From the human T2T-CHM13v2.0 reference genome, Homo sapiens, in assembly GCF_009914755.1 (NCBI RefSeq), contig NC_060942.1: 64,000 nt of DNA, one strand, 5' to 3'. Of this stretch, positions 16,763 to 31,083 are shown in pieces; the first letter of the stretch is position 1, and each line of letters starts with the position of its first letter. A program made the translations under genes and the position numbers. The notes beneath the pieces were generated by a model. It searched no databases. It was not told the origin of the DNA and worked only from the letters and a program-made list of their open reading frames with translations.

Positions 16763-18643
16763 TCTCATTTCCAAGATTCCACTGTAATTATTTTTATACA
16801 TCTGTTGACATTTTTATGTTTGCCTTTCCTACTTTATTTCTTTGAATGTTTTAAATAAAAGTATATAATTGTCCCTTTCAGATTGATCTATTGTCTCTAG
16901 TCCCACGGGAATTTATCTGTTTAATAAACTGTTAATGGCATTACATTATTCATAGACTTTTACTGTCTGTCAAATTTTATGTTTCTTTCTATAGTCTTAG
17001 TCCTATTAGAGATTATCATTGGCCACAGACCCAAGTTTGTTCTGGATTGAGGAGGCATTTCTATATTCCTGTAAGACTACTACCTCATAGTTACATCTGC
17101 CTGAACACTATAAGTTTTACCCATTTCAGCATGGATTTTTTTTATTAATGTATTAAGGTTTACTGTTTATGTTTCAGCCCTACCAGCCATCCCACCTCCA
17201 AGACAAATATAATTGTGACTTGGAATTCTACTCTTCAATTATTGATTTGGTTTTCATCTATGGCATGGTGTGTACATTTTTATTCAAACTGTGTCTCTGG
17301 GCTGATAAGCAGGAATCATGAGTTTCTAATTTACAGAGAGGAAGTACATTTTCAGCTCCTTTATTAATTTGCAAAGAGTTTTTCCATGTAGTACCTCTGT
17401 GACGTTGACTATCATCCCCACAAAAACATACAATCCCTAGTCCTGAAGGCTGACATTTATTTTCACTTTCTCTGTAGGCAGTTTAACTTCAATTTATACT
17501 AAACACTATGGGATTCTTCTTTGTCCTTGGGACACTGCTGTTTCTATTTTTACTTTCAAGACTTACTGTGCATATTTTATAGCTATTTAAAATATTTTAT
17601 CAATATCCCGATGTATTAAAAATGGATAAGGGAATATCGTGTGTGTTTTTATCTTAACTATACCATTGTCCAAAGATTCTGTTTTTTTGTATGTTTGAAA
17701 ACATAGAACAAATTATAAAATATTATTTTAAGAATAAAAATATTTTTGCCATTAAACTTTTCTTTCCATTTTTAGAATAGATCTTTTCCTTTTCTTATGC
17801 TATGTGACTACATAAAGGACTATTTTTTTCCTATTTACTATATTTTTGATTATTATGTTTCTATTTTTTCTATTTTAATTCCTGAGTTTAATATAGCTAT
17901 CTGATATTCCATGTTTTCCAACTGACAATATGTTTTATTGCCCCTGTTAGAAACAATTAACTTAAACTTGGAAATAAAGCAAAAGTTGTTGTGGCATTTT
18001 TTTATGCAGATGCAAAGGCACCCCCAAAGGACTGTCAGAGGGACAGTATACTTTATCATATTATTTAGTCTTTACTGAATATTCTAGATTTAGTAAAGTG
18101 ACTTGTTAAATTGCAGAATTTTGTTTGAAAGAGATGCATTAATTTCATTTTGGTAGATGAGATGATCCAAATCACTAATGGCTTATTGGAAACTAACCAG
18201 GTTATATCTAACTCAGCAACATTATTCTAACATTTATTTGCTAATTTGCCTCTAAATATCATGGATTAACAGGTGTTATTCTAGCAGGATATCAAGTCTT
18301 CCTTGTTCCCATATTAATTAGTGATTAAAATAATATCTTGGATACTGTGCTCATTCTGTTTTCTCTAAAAGAACATAATTTTACCTTTTCAAACATTATT
18401 ATACTCCTGAGTGTCCATCAAGTGCTATTGGATTCTTTCTCACATTTTATACTTTTAGACAAGTTGGAGAACACAGATCATAACGGAACTTAATAACTCT
18501 TGCTATCTTTTTTTAAACTAGATGCATTATTCTGAGGGTGTATCATCTCTAGCTACCATTGCTTGATTATCTAACTGTGGAATACTATATTATTTTCCTG
18601 TTACTGATATTGAAACTGGCTTTGCAAAAATTATAACAGTGAA

Positions 18644-18937
18644 GGCCAAGCATGATGGCTCACACCTGTAATACAGCACTTTGAAAGGCTGAGGCAGGCA
18701 GGTCACTTAAGGCCAGTAGTTTGAGACCAGTGTGGCCAATATGGTGAAACCCTGTCTGTACCAAAAAATACAAAAATTAGCCAATCATGGTGGCATATGC
18801 CTGTAATTCCAGCTACTCAGGAGGCTGAGACACAAGAATCACTTGAACCCAGGTGGCAGATGCTTCAGTGAGCTGAGATTGCACCACTGCACTCCAGCCT
18901 GGGTGACAGAGGGAGACTCTGTCTCAAAAAAGAAAAA
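18644..18937 (+). mobile_element. AluS
   Basis: Full dimer; TSD aaaaattataacagtga (18626-42 / 18938-54). Confidence 0.95.
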
Positions 18938-19527
18938 AAAAATTATAACAGTGAGAGAAATTTTACCTAACTGGCTCCTTCTTGCTTCTAACCTCACAAG
19001 CTAATTGCCTTTGTTAACTTTTAAACTAAGATAATAACAGTCCCTTCCCCAAACTAATGTATTATTTGCTCTGGGACCAAAATTGCCTTTGTGAAACTAA
19101 TGAAAGACCACAAGTTTAGGATTATGGCAAGGACCTGAATTTGGCTAAAGTGTAGGCATAGTTAAATAATAATCAGCCACTGTTTCCTAACTTTCCTTTC
19201 TATAATCCCTTACTTATTAAGAGTCTTATAGCGAGAGGTCAATATTTGTAAACTCACCAATTTCTCCTATAGATGTCATCATTATTGTCAAAACCTAAAA
19301 TTGGTCTTTGAGATATTTTTCAGACTTTTGCATTTGGGTGGACTAGCTAATATCAGCAGAACCTGTGGCTCATACCAAGAAGCTGACTACTGATCCTGAG
19401 ACTTCAGCCCAGAAATTAGCTCAGTGAATGAAGACAGTTTGGAAACTTCTATGATTTCATCCTCAACCAATCAGTAGCACCCATTCCCTAGCACTTGCCC
19501 ACCAAATTATCCTTAAAATAAACTTTA

Positions 19528-19829
<302 letters not shown>

Positions 19830-21036
19830 CCCTCAGGCTCTGAGCTTTTACATAGGTGGCTTTGAGAAATGTTTCCCATCCTTTCGTTTGGCTGCCTTGC
19901 AATAGTTAATATATTTCTCTACTGTAACTCTGCTCTCTCAGTGTATTGGCTTTTTTCATGCAGTGGGCAAAAAGAAAAGAAAAAAAAACCATCAGGTTGT
20001 AGCAATATAATAGATTTCCAAAATATTAGCAGCTGAAAAATTCAAATATGTTATCTTAGTTTTGATATCCTATGTGGATCACATTGGGAAAAAATTAAGT
20101 TGTCAATAAGGCTGCATTTTATTCTAAAGTTTTAGGGAATAATTTCTTCTCTTGCCTTTTCTAGAGCTGCCCATATTACTTTGGACATGGCTTCTCCCTC
20201 CATCTTTAAATTTAGTAACATTGAATCTCTCTGGCCATTGTCTTATAGTCACATCTCAAACTGACTCACTTTTTCTGCTTCTGTCTTCCATTTTTAAGAA
20301 CTCTTGTGATTGCATTGGATTCACATGGATAGTCCAGGATAAGCTTAGTATTTTAAAGTCAGCTGATAAGCAACCTTAATTCCGTCTGTGATCATAAATG
20401 TCATTTAGCCAACATATTTCCAGTTTTGAGGGATTAAGAATGGACATCTTGGGAACTATTATCCTGCCTGCCACAGATAGTAATTATTTTTTATTAATAA
20501 TTGTGATTTTTTTCTTTTATTTCTTTGGTAAGAAGTAATGCCTAAAAAATGTAAGAATCCTGAGAGTATTCTCAGAAAAATGGGCCTTAAAAGAATAACA
20601 AAATGTGCTAATGCCTTCACATAAGGTGAATAATTTACTTGATTCAACCTTGTTGTAATGTAAAGTGTTACAGTCTCTCAGATGAATTTTAGAAGTAACA
20701 AATAGGGTGAAAAAGAGAAGCAGAGCCTTTGAAAGAAATAGCTACCATATGGTAGTGAGAAGGAGAGATGACTACCAAGCTTTCACTATGGCAGATATTT
20801 CAATATCTGATATAAAGGTAAAATGGGAAATAATTTGAAATACACATAATAATTTCTAGATATCCTTTCAATGAAATGAAGGGAATAGTCTAGCAAACCT
20901 TTCAAGGTTGTTAGTATCTATAGGTGTCTGCCACTTTCATCATCTTTGACTAATCTTATAATTCCGCAAAATGTACAGAACTGATAACAATGCAAATAAT
21001 TTTTTTTCCGAGGGAAACACAATTGATTTTCAATTC

Positions 21037-21434
21037 TGTCAAAGAAAACCTGGTCTGGATAATAAAACATTCAAAACATTTTATTCAGGAACAATCACAA
21101 TAGAGGAAAGAGACTTCAGCATAGAGCTGGACTCAATTGCTAATGCATCATGGACAAGTGAAGATTTTTAGCCAAGAAGTAGGGTAGAGGTCAGTGGATA
21201 ACAATATTATTAAGAGGAAATATCAAAGGTAAGGTGGGATTCTGGCTAAGCAGATTTGACAGAATTCTCGTTGAAGGCTGGCTAGGATGATCAGATATCA
21301 AGGGTCTGAGGTTCCCTCTAAACTGACTTTGAATTCTTGTTAAAACTGGGTGATACAGGCGCAACAACTAAGAGCCTAGTTGAGAAGAGAAATTAGAAGG
21401 CCCCGACTAAAGGTTAGTCAAGGAGTCTTTGTTA
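21037..21434 (-). mobile_element. MER31-like ERV1 LTR
   Basis: Ends gcctagttgagaagag..gactaaaggttagtcaaggagtctttgtta; TSD attc/cttc. Confidence 0.75.
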
Positions 21435-21548
21435 CTTCTGACAAAAAAGACAATAAGCAGTCTTACATTTATTTAAAATTTTGTTTAATATTCCTGATTA
21501 TCTATGTATAATTATTCTTCAGATGTTTCTTTAACTTAGTTTTAACAC

Positions 21549-22588
<1,040 letters not shown>

Positions 22589-22835
22589 CACATTAGAAAA
22601 TCTTTTAAATCTGTCTTAAAAACTACAACACCTTACATTGATACAAGGTTGAATGAAGTGATTTACTCACTGTGTGTAAGACAGTACACATTTTTTTAAC
22701 TTTTAAGGTATACTTTTCCCAGAATATTCTCAAGATTCTTATATTTTTCTGACCCCCAACAACACCATGACTGGTACTTTCATCAATTAATTTACTAAAA
22801 CATTTTATAGACATTTTATATTTATATGAGAGTCA

Positions 22836-23373
22836 TGTTTTGCTCAGGACACACCACCCTGAAATATGACTAGGAGACCAGAATATGTCACCCTAAAATA
22901 TACTTGTTTGGCATATTTTGAGCTGGTTATTCTAAGAAACTTGCAGACATAGGAGTAGCTCTGAAAAGCTATTTGTAAAAGAAATTTACTTCTATAAAGA
23001 ACATCTACATTGGTAAAGTATCTGTCTCAAAAAGAAGGCTGCTCCAAAACATTTATTACCTGAGAGGCTTTATCTGCATAACAAGTTAACTGTTATTCAC
23101 CATACAATTTCTCCTTTCACTTCCCATAACTTGTGTGGCCACCAACCCTCAGAAGCTCCAAACCCCTCCTGTTTGCTGTAGCTCAGGATGCTACATAAAC
23201 TTCAATCATCTGACCCCTCCTCAACTCTCATATTTTGTGAGAATTTTATGTGTGCATAGATACATAATTAAATATAATTTTTTTTCCTGTTAATATGTCT
23301 TATGACAATTGAATTCATAACCCAGCCAAGGAACCAAGGAGGGTGGAAGGAAGCCATTTTTTGCTCCACTAGA
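22836..23373 (+). mobile_element. MER34-family ERV1 LTR
   Basis: ctcaggacacaccaccctgaaatatgactaggagaccagaatatg; TSD gtca/gttg, consistent with CpG decay of gtcg. Confidence 0.8.
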
Positions 23374-23613
23374 GTTGTGATTTTACTTTTTTTGAAAATC
23401 GATTTTTAACACAGATAAAGGATTACAAGTAAGGTTTGTATTTGGCCTGTTTTCCCTACTGTATAATAGAGAAATGTATTACTGTATAATAAATATGGAT
23501 TTTGCTATCCATCATTTTTCAAGACTGACTAATCACTGATAAACATTTTTAGTTTTCATTGCAATTAGCTACAGAGTTTCTGGAGTGATTTTCAATAAAC
23601 AATTTGGTGATGA

Positions 23614-24150
23614 TGTAACTAATAAGTTTGTTACCCAATACACACAGCAAGTTAATACATAGAGATGGGGGTTGCAGTAGAGAAAGAGGTTTAATCATAC
23701 AGTCACTGAAGGAGGAGATGGGAGAAAACCTCAAATCCATCTCCCAGAGGAATTTGGGGATAGGGTTTTAATGGTTTTGGAGTTGGCCTAAGTGTGGAGG
23801 TCATTGGTTGAAGAGTGCAGGATGAAGTCATGGGACAGGGAGATGAAAAAAACTGTATTTTCATGCTGATCCTCTTCCTCTGTGAGGGTATTCAAACTGG
23901 TTGCTGAATTTGGGGTCTGAAGAAAATCGTAAGTGATCTGTGAATAAAAGTCTTATAATTCCAGTGTCAGAGACTATTTCTATGGGAACATTGGGAATGC
24001 AAAACAATTCTTAAACAGTTTTATAATCTTAATGTCAGAAATCCTATCTATAGAAACAATGGAAATACAAATGATCAGTATCTACTGCTATGTGACCATT
24101 AGCAACAAAGAAGGGGCTTGCTTAATACTTAATTATAACTATATTTCTTT
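23614..24150 (-). mobile_element. MER49-like ERV1 LTR, partial
   Basis: tgtaact..gttgcagtagagaaagaggtttaatc..aacctcaaatccatctccc. Confidence 0.7.
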
Positions 24151-24497
24151 CCAGAAACTGGCATGCATTTCTTGTCAACCATGTGGTTTTGTGTGTGAAC
24201 TTCAAAGTGACATGACTATTTTTAGAGAGATGGACAATAAACTTAAAGCAAGAACTTTTTCTCAAAAAAAAAATATCTAGGATGGAAGATCCTAGATATT
24301 TGAACATTAGAGGAATGTCCACAGAAAGAGGGAAGTCAATCTAGAAAGAAATAGAAAATAAAAATAGAACACTAAAAAATTTTCAAAAAATTTTATACAC
24401 AACTCTTCATAAGTCCAGAAGTAACACCTCTAACATGGGGTATGGAAGAAAGAAAGGGAAGAAGAGAATCAAAGTTGATGATAACAGTGAATATTTT

Positions 24498-24971
24498 TGT
24501 TACAGGAAATGATTCCTGATCCAGACCCCAAGAGAGGGTTCTTGGATCTCACACAAGAAAGAATTTAGGGTGAGTTCGTAAAGTGAAAGCAAGTTTATTA
24601 GGAAAGTAAAAGAATGGCTACTCCATAGAGCAGTCCTGAGGGCTGCTGGTTCCCCATTTTTCATATAGGGAAACTTCTTGATGTTACTATGGCATTTGTA
24701 AACTGTCATGGTGCTGGTGGGAGTGTAGCAGTGAGGATGACCAGAGGTCACTCTTGTGGCCTTCTTGGTTTTGGTGGGTTTTAGCTGGCTTCATTACTGC
24801 AACCTGTTTTATCAGCAAGGTCTTTATGACCTGTATCTTGTGCAAACCTCCTGTCTCATCCTGTGACTTAGAATGCCTTAACCCTCTGGGAATGCAGCCC
24901 AGTAGATCTCAGCCTCATTTTACCAAGCTCCTATTTAAGATGGAGTTGCATTGATTCAAATGTCTCTGACA
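24498..24971 (-). mobile_element. MER41 ERV1 LTR with internal deletion
   Basis: gatccagaccccaagagagggttcttggatctc..gggaatgcagcccagtag..aagatggagttgc..ctctgaca. Confidence 0.9.
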
Positions 24972-25028
24972 GTTTTTCTCTTTTCTTAAAACTGTATTTT
25001 AAGAGGATTGTTGAGATTTTGCTTAGTG

Positions 25029-25031
<3 letters not shown>

Positions 25032-25070
<39 letters not shown>
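25032..25070. repeat. (TG)n microsatellite
   Basis: About 19 perfect units. Confidence 0.97.
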
Positions 25071-25076
<6 letters not shown>

Positions 25077-25175
25077 CTCAGATAACAGTAACATTAATAT
25101 TTTCTTTAGGCTGTTCCACCCCTGAGCATGGTTGAATGGAAGGCAATTGGAAGTCACACAGAGTGAGGATCCCTT

Positions 25176-25225
25176 AGGTTGCCTGCAAGCAACTTAACCA
25201 AGGTTGCCTGCAAGCAACTTAACCA
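25176..25225. repeat. Perfect 25-bp tandem duplication
   Basis: aggttgcctgcaagcaacttaacca x2. Confidence 0.95.
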
Positions 25226-26896
25226 AGTGGGAACCAAAGCTACTGTTCCCCTTATTCTTTTTAGTTTTTCCTTTTCAAGCCTGTTTTGAATTGTAGAACC
25301 TTGAATTGAAAAGTCAACATTAGCAATTCAAATGCTAAACTGAGCTTTTTAATGCTAAATACTTGTGGATATCATTTGAGAAGACTGTCAAGTTAAACAA
25401 TGTAATTTTTTACATATACAGCAAAGTGACTTTGCAGATATTACTCAGTTAAGATCCCAGCCATGATATTCATCTTGTGCGTATGCATACAATCCAGAAC
25501 CAGCAAAGTATTTTGTAAATTCAGCATTTAGTTATCTCTTACCCATTAAGAGGAAGAAAAGAAAACATTTCCCCCCAACACTTTTATTCAAGCCTGAAGC
25601 TAAGCAAGGAGAAAGAGAAAAGGTTTTTAGAATTACAAATAGAACCTTTAAATTGTAGAAATTTGCTAATTTCATTTATGAAAGCACTGCCTAACTTCTG
25701 CTTTCTCTCTCAGCTGTTATTCAAATCTTTGTCCCTAGCCAAAGAGAGACAATAATCCTACCAGGAATTTAGTGAGTTTTCCTTTGGAGATCAGACATAA
25801 ATGCTGCACATTTGAATATGCAAATTTAATAGAACAGATTGCCAAGAAATGAAAAATGGTTATACGTTTAGCCCTAGGAAGTTAGCTCAGCTTAATAGAG
25901 CTGACAACAACGAGTTAAGGAGTGCCCACTTGCAAAACTCATATAGGGAAGAAAGTGCATATAATTTGCTTACCTAACAGGAAGGGACTGAGAAGTGAGT
26001 TAGATTGTGGAGACCTAGATTCTCCCCACAATTGCAGTGGCATTCTTTTAAAAGGCCTCAATTTCCTCCTGTGTAAAATAAAGAGGTTTTCTTATGTAAT
26101 CTAGATTATTTACAACTTGAAAATTCAAAGACATGTTTCTAGCATATCTAATTACTTCACATCTGTAGGGAAGGTATCTCATGCCATGGCTGAGCATGTA
26201 TGAGTCTCATTGTTTTGCAGTTTGTGTAAAAATGTAAAAAGCATTCACCCCCATTCCCTATGGTTATCATTCATATGTTCTATTTCAATCTTGTGTAGTT
26301 TCCCTTTTAAAGAAGACCCAATAAGTTTAACTAACAAAGGGAAGCTCTCATCAAGTAATACATACTTTTAGTCTCCCAAGGTTGCGCTATTTGGTTGTTA
26401 ACTAATCAAGGCTTTTTCTATGTTTTTCCTTCTTCCTTTTTTTTTTTCTTTTTGTTTCTTTTTTATTTGATAAGCCTCAGCCAGCTAGTATTTGGAGGTT
26501 TGAGAAATTGAAAATTAGTTGCTCCTTTGGATTTACAGTAATCATTTGGGCAGATTGTCAATATCAATTTCCAGCCTACATGACTCTTCCATACCACTCT
26601 GGGAATTAGGTCAAAACTGTCCTTGGATAAAAAATTGGACAAAATTACCCAAAGTGGGGGAAAGAAAATCAGTTCAAGGTGAAGTGGGGGAAAAAAATAA
26701 ATTATCACTGCCCAGTTTGAAGATCTAGAAATATCATTATATCTTGATAATGTGTTATGAATTCTGACTCCCAGGGTATAATTTCAGCCTGTTTAAAGAG
26801 CAGATTTTTTGTGTTATACACCATTTCTCCAGTTTTATCATTTTATATTAAATATTGTTAGAGGTCACATGCAGACTTGCCATTCAGAAATAATTT

Positions 26897-27069
26897 TTAA
26901 TTTTTATTCTTTATTTTTTGTTTTGAGAGAGGGTCTTGCTCTGTCACCTAGTTTGTTATACAGTGGCATGATCATAGCTAACTGTAGCCTTGAATCCTGG
27001 GCACAAGTAGTCCTCCTGCTTCAGCCTCCCAAAGTGCTGGGATTACAGGTGTGAGCCATTGCACCCAGT
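26897..27069 (-). mobile_element. Alu monomer (FRAM/AluJ-derived)
   Basis: About 170 bp: gagagggtcttgctctgtcacc..cctcccaaagtgctgggattacagg. Confidence 0.88.
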
Positions 27070-27108
27070 TACCAACTGCTTTTTAAAATATGTATATATA
27101 AAACAATA

Positions 27109-27282
27109 GGCTGAGCATAGTGCCTCTTGCCTATAATCCCAGTACATTGAGAGACCGAGGTGGGAGGATTGCTATGCTTGAGCATAGGAGGTTGAGGCTG
27201 CAGTGAGCTGTGATCATGCCACTGTACTCTAGTCTGGGCAACAAAGCAAGGCTCTATCCTAAAAAATGAATAAAAATAAACA
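27109..27282 (+). mobile_element. Alu monomer (FRAM/AluJ-derived)
   Basis: About 170 bp; TSD taaaacaatag on both sides. Confidence 0.88.
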
Positions 27283-27360
27283 TAAAACAATAGTTGTTGT
27301 AGTCAACATTTATTGAATGATTATAATAAGCCAGACACTGTTCTAACCTCTTTATGTACA

Positions 27361-27935
27361 TGGAGGTGTTCAAAGTATGTCATCCCAAAATATGCCACTC
27401 TAGCATACAGATTATTTTGAGCTGAAGGCAATTAAGAAATAGCAGAAACAGGGTGAGCTTTCTGCTCACCTTTGTCTACCTGAAAACAGAATATATATTT
27501 CATTCCTCTTATGGAGGTGATTTTCCCCCTCAACTTCCCATACCCATCCAGGAAGGGGATAGTCTTATCACCAGACATGAGATGGCCCTGTGATGGACCT
27601 GCACAAACAAGCCCTACTAAGATAACCCTTATATTCCATTAATTTCCCTTATATATTTACCTTACCACAGTTTTCCACTTCTAAAAGCTTAATGTTTTTC
27701 CTTTGTCTTTTCACTTTTCTACAAATTTATTGTCCCTTTTTAAGATGCTATACAAGCCCAAGCTCTAACCATCTCTCTGAGTTACTCATCCGTGAGTTTC
27801 TCCCATGTGCATGTGGGCTGCTAATGTTAATAAACTTCTGTTGGTTTTTCTGCTGTTAATCTGTCTTTTATCAGCTTAATTTGCAGGGCCTCAGAGAAAC
27901 TAGGAAAATAGAGGGCAAATATTTTTCTTCCAACA
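27361..27935 (+). mobile_element. MER34-group ERV1 LTR
   Basis: cccaaaatatgccactc..gattattttgagctgaaggcaatt..aataaacttctg..ctgttaatctgtcttt; TSD taca/tgca. Confidence 0.8.
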
Positions 27936-27967
27936 TGCATGAACATATTTAATCAAAATAGTAATCA

Positions 27968-28320
27968 TAGGTGAAGTATTATTTGTCCAAAATGCTTAGA
28001 GCCAGAAAAGTTTCAGAATGTGCACATTTTTCAGATTTTGGAATATTTGCATGTACATAATACTATCTTGGGGATGGGACCAATATCTAAGACAAAATTC
28101 ATTTATGTTTTACATATACCTTATACACAGAGTCTGAAGTTAATTTATAGACTATTTTAAATAAATTTGTACATCAAATTTTGACTGTGTTTAGATTGTA
28201 ATTGATCACATGAGGTCAAGTGTAAAATTTTCCACTTGTAGAATTATGTGAGCACTCAAAACGTTTCAGGTTTTGAAGCATTTCATATTTTAGATTTTTT
28301 TATTAGGAATTTTTGACATG
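27968..28320. mobile_element. Tigger4/MER46-family DNA transposon
   Basis: aaatgcttagagccagaa..ggaatatttgca..cttggggatgggacc..aattttccacttgt. Confidence 0.8.
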
Positions 28321-28430
28321 TGCTATTATCGCAATTTTACATATAGAACTGTAGCCTAGAAACATGAAGTAAGTTGCCCAAGGTCACATAGATGGAAAGT
28401 TATGGACCTGTGATTTGAATCCAGGCACTC

Positions 28431-29186
28431 TGAAACCACCTTTACAGAAATTATGACAGTAAGAGAAATCCAACATAGTTGACTCCATCTCGTTTCTTAC
28501 CTCACAAGCTAATTGCCTTTGTTAACTTTAAAGCAAAGGTGATAACAGTCCTTCCGCAAATTAACTTCTTCTTTGCTTGGGTATTGAAAAAGCCTCTGTG
28601 AGACTAATAAAAAAACACAAGGTTGAGATTATGGGAGGGGACTGAATTTTGCTAAAATGTAAGTTAAATGACCCTCAGCCATTATTCCCTAGCTTGCTTT
28701 TCTATAATCCCTTACTGTTCAAAAGTCACGTAGCCAGAAGTCACAGGATGTATAGCTTCCCCAATTGCTCCTATAGATAAACTCTCTATTGTCAAAACCT
28801 AAGATTGGACTTTGACATATTTTTGAGACTTGTGCATTCTGGCAACCAACTGATGTCACCAGAAACCATGGCTCTTATAAAAGAGCTGACTCAGCTGGTG
28901 ATCCACAACCCAGAACCTGAATCAGTGCATGAAGATAGTTTGAACACGCCTGTGATTTCATCTCCAACCAATCAATAGCACACATTGCTTAGATCTCTTC
29001 CTTCCAAAATATTCTTAAAAACCCTGGCCCCCGAGCTCTCAGAGAGGTGGATTTGAGAAATGTCTCCCATCCTTCTGCTTGGCTGCCACTGAAAGTTTTA
29101 AACAGTTTCTTTCCAACAAAACCTGATGATCTCAGTGCATTGACTTTTCTGGACATTGGGGAAAACGAGCCCATCAGGCTGTTACA
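28431..29186 (+). mobile_element. LTR8-family ERV1 solo LTR
   Basis: tgaaaccacctttacagaaattatgacagtaagagaaatc..cccatcaggctgttaca; collinear with the 18611 copy. Confidence 0.85.
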
Positions 29187-29712
29187 CTCTGGCCAAAGAG
29201 CTAAGTTTTTAAACTTCATTTTGCTCCCTCTCATGATATTAAAAGCTGGAGGTTATTCTATGTAAAATATAAACATCTATTAAAAATAATGTCTTAAGAA
29301 AACTTAAATAGGGGGCAAAAGCATATAAATTTTATCTATGTGCAGGAAAATATTTAGTAAGTTGGTTAATTTCTATAAACAACACATTTTCTCTGAGTGA
29401 AAATTTGCTGCAAGAAATGGGTATATTGAGAATAACAAGTAAATTGTTTATTAATATTTCTGATATGTAAGTATAAAATTTTGGGGGCAAAGTAGAATGT
29501 TTTATAAAGAAAAGTAATTTATTTTTATACAAATTTATCTTCTCCATACATGAAAAGTTCTTATTTTTTCTTTCCAAATTCTTATGTATTTTGAATGTCA
29601 CTTTTTTTCTGACTTGAAAATGTTATCTTTATTGCTCTCGGTAATGTTAATTTGCTGTGAGTTTAATGTTATGACTGGTAATACACTAGTGATCTTCAAG
29701 AACACAAAAGGT

Positions 29713-30017
29713 GCTGGGCATGGTAGTTCATGTCTGAATCCCAGCAATTTTGGATACTGAGACAGGAGGTTTGCTTGACCCAGGAGTTCAAGACCAGCCT
29801 GAGCAACACAGGAGTCCTCCTCACCTCCCCAGCCACCTCTACAAATAATTTTAAAAATTAGCCAGGCATGGTAGAGCATAACTGTGGTCCCAGCTACTCA
29901 GGAGACCAAGGTGGGAGAATTGTTTGAGCCCAGGAGGTAAAGACAGTGCGACTTGTTCACCCCACTGTACTCTAGCCTGATTGATAGAGCATGACAGAAA
30001 AAAAAAAAAAAAAAAAG
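29713..30017 (+). mobile_element. AluJ
   Basis: Diverged dimer; TSD gaacacaaaa. Confidence 0.9.
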
Positions 30018-30190
30018 GGAACACAAAACGTGCTTTTGCAGAATAGGCAGACCAGGTACTTTCAAACTCTATTGAACAGAAGCTATCAGGAGGAAATAGA
30101 AGTTATGAGAAACTTAGAGTGGGCTATGAGATGGTATGAGAGAGCATTGTACCTTGTATCAAAGCAATGTGAGTTTTAAAATATGGAAAT

Positions 30191-31083
30191 TGGCGGGCAC
30201 AGTGACTCACACCTGTAATTGATAGTGACAAAAAGCAGCCAAATGCCTAGGCAGATAGGGGAGGTTCCCTGGTGAAACCCCACATTCAAGCCAAAAAAGA
30301 CAGCCTGAAGGCTGAAAGACCTGACTGCTGGTCCCAGATGAAACCCATGACCCAGAGTGAGAACTTCTGTTCTTATTTGCCTGCCCTTTCCTGATTAATT
30401 CTTTCTGAATATTGCCTTTTAACCAATTGAATATTGCCTTTTCCAATACTATTTATGGCCTGTCCCTCCCCTATTCTGATTCCATAAAAGCCCCAAACTC
30501 AGCCACATTGAGGATATTTTCCTGCCTTTGCATCCCCTCTCCATTGAAAGCTGTTTTCATCACTCAATAAAACTCCTGACCTTGCTCACTCTTCATTTGT
30601 CACCGGATCCTCATTCTTCTTGGGCACAGGACAAGACTTCAGGATCTGATGTGCAAGCCAGACGTGGCCTGGGTGGGCTGAGTGGGCAGGGCATCTCCTG
30701 CAGCAGACAGCATGGCTGAGTGAGGCCCAGGCAGGGCTTTGCCAGCCAGAGGTCTCCAGTTTTCAAAGTGACTGAGAAACAAACCTGTGTCATAATCTCA
30801 CACTTTGGGAGTCCGAGGCAGGAGAATTGCTTAAGCCCAGGAGTTTGAGATCAACTTAGGCAACATGTCAAGACCTCATCTCTACAAAACATAAAAAGTT
30901 AGCTGGGCATGGCAGCATGTGCCTGTAGTCCCAGCAACTTGGGAGATTGAGTTGGGAGGATCATCATACTCTGGGAGGTTGAGGCTGCAGTGAGGCGTAT
31001 TCATGCCACTGCACTCTAGCCTGGGCGACAAGAGCAAAACCCTGTCTCAAAAAAAATAAAAAATAAAAAATAAAAAAATATAT
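30191..31083 (+). mobile_element. AluJ split by an LTR9-like element
   Basis: cacctgtaat resumes as taatctcacactttggga at 30793; TSD atatggaaat. Confidence 0.9.
30220..30792 (+). mobile_element. LTR9-like ERV1 solo LTR
   Basis: tgatagtgac..gccaaatgcctaggcagatagggg..gaaaccccac..aataaa..gtgtca; 4-bp TSD taat. Confidence 0.8.

Larger units (their letters stand above)
27304..29218 (-). mobile_element. Single MIR in four pieces (27304-60, 27936-67, 28321-430, 29187-218)
   Basis: Pieces join collinearly: aacatttattga..gccagacactgttctaa / catatttaatc / attttacatatagaactg..gcccaaggtcaca..gatttgaatccaggca / caaagagc. Confidence 0.75.

Noticed and set aside
23940-24075. About 65-bp imperfect tandem repeat
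   Set aside because: Lies inside the MER49-like LTR and is probably a consensus feature
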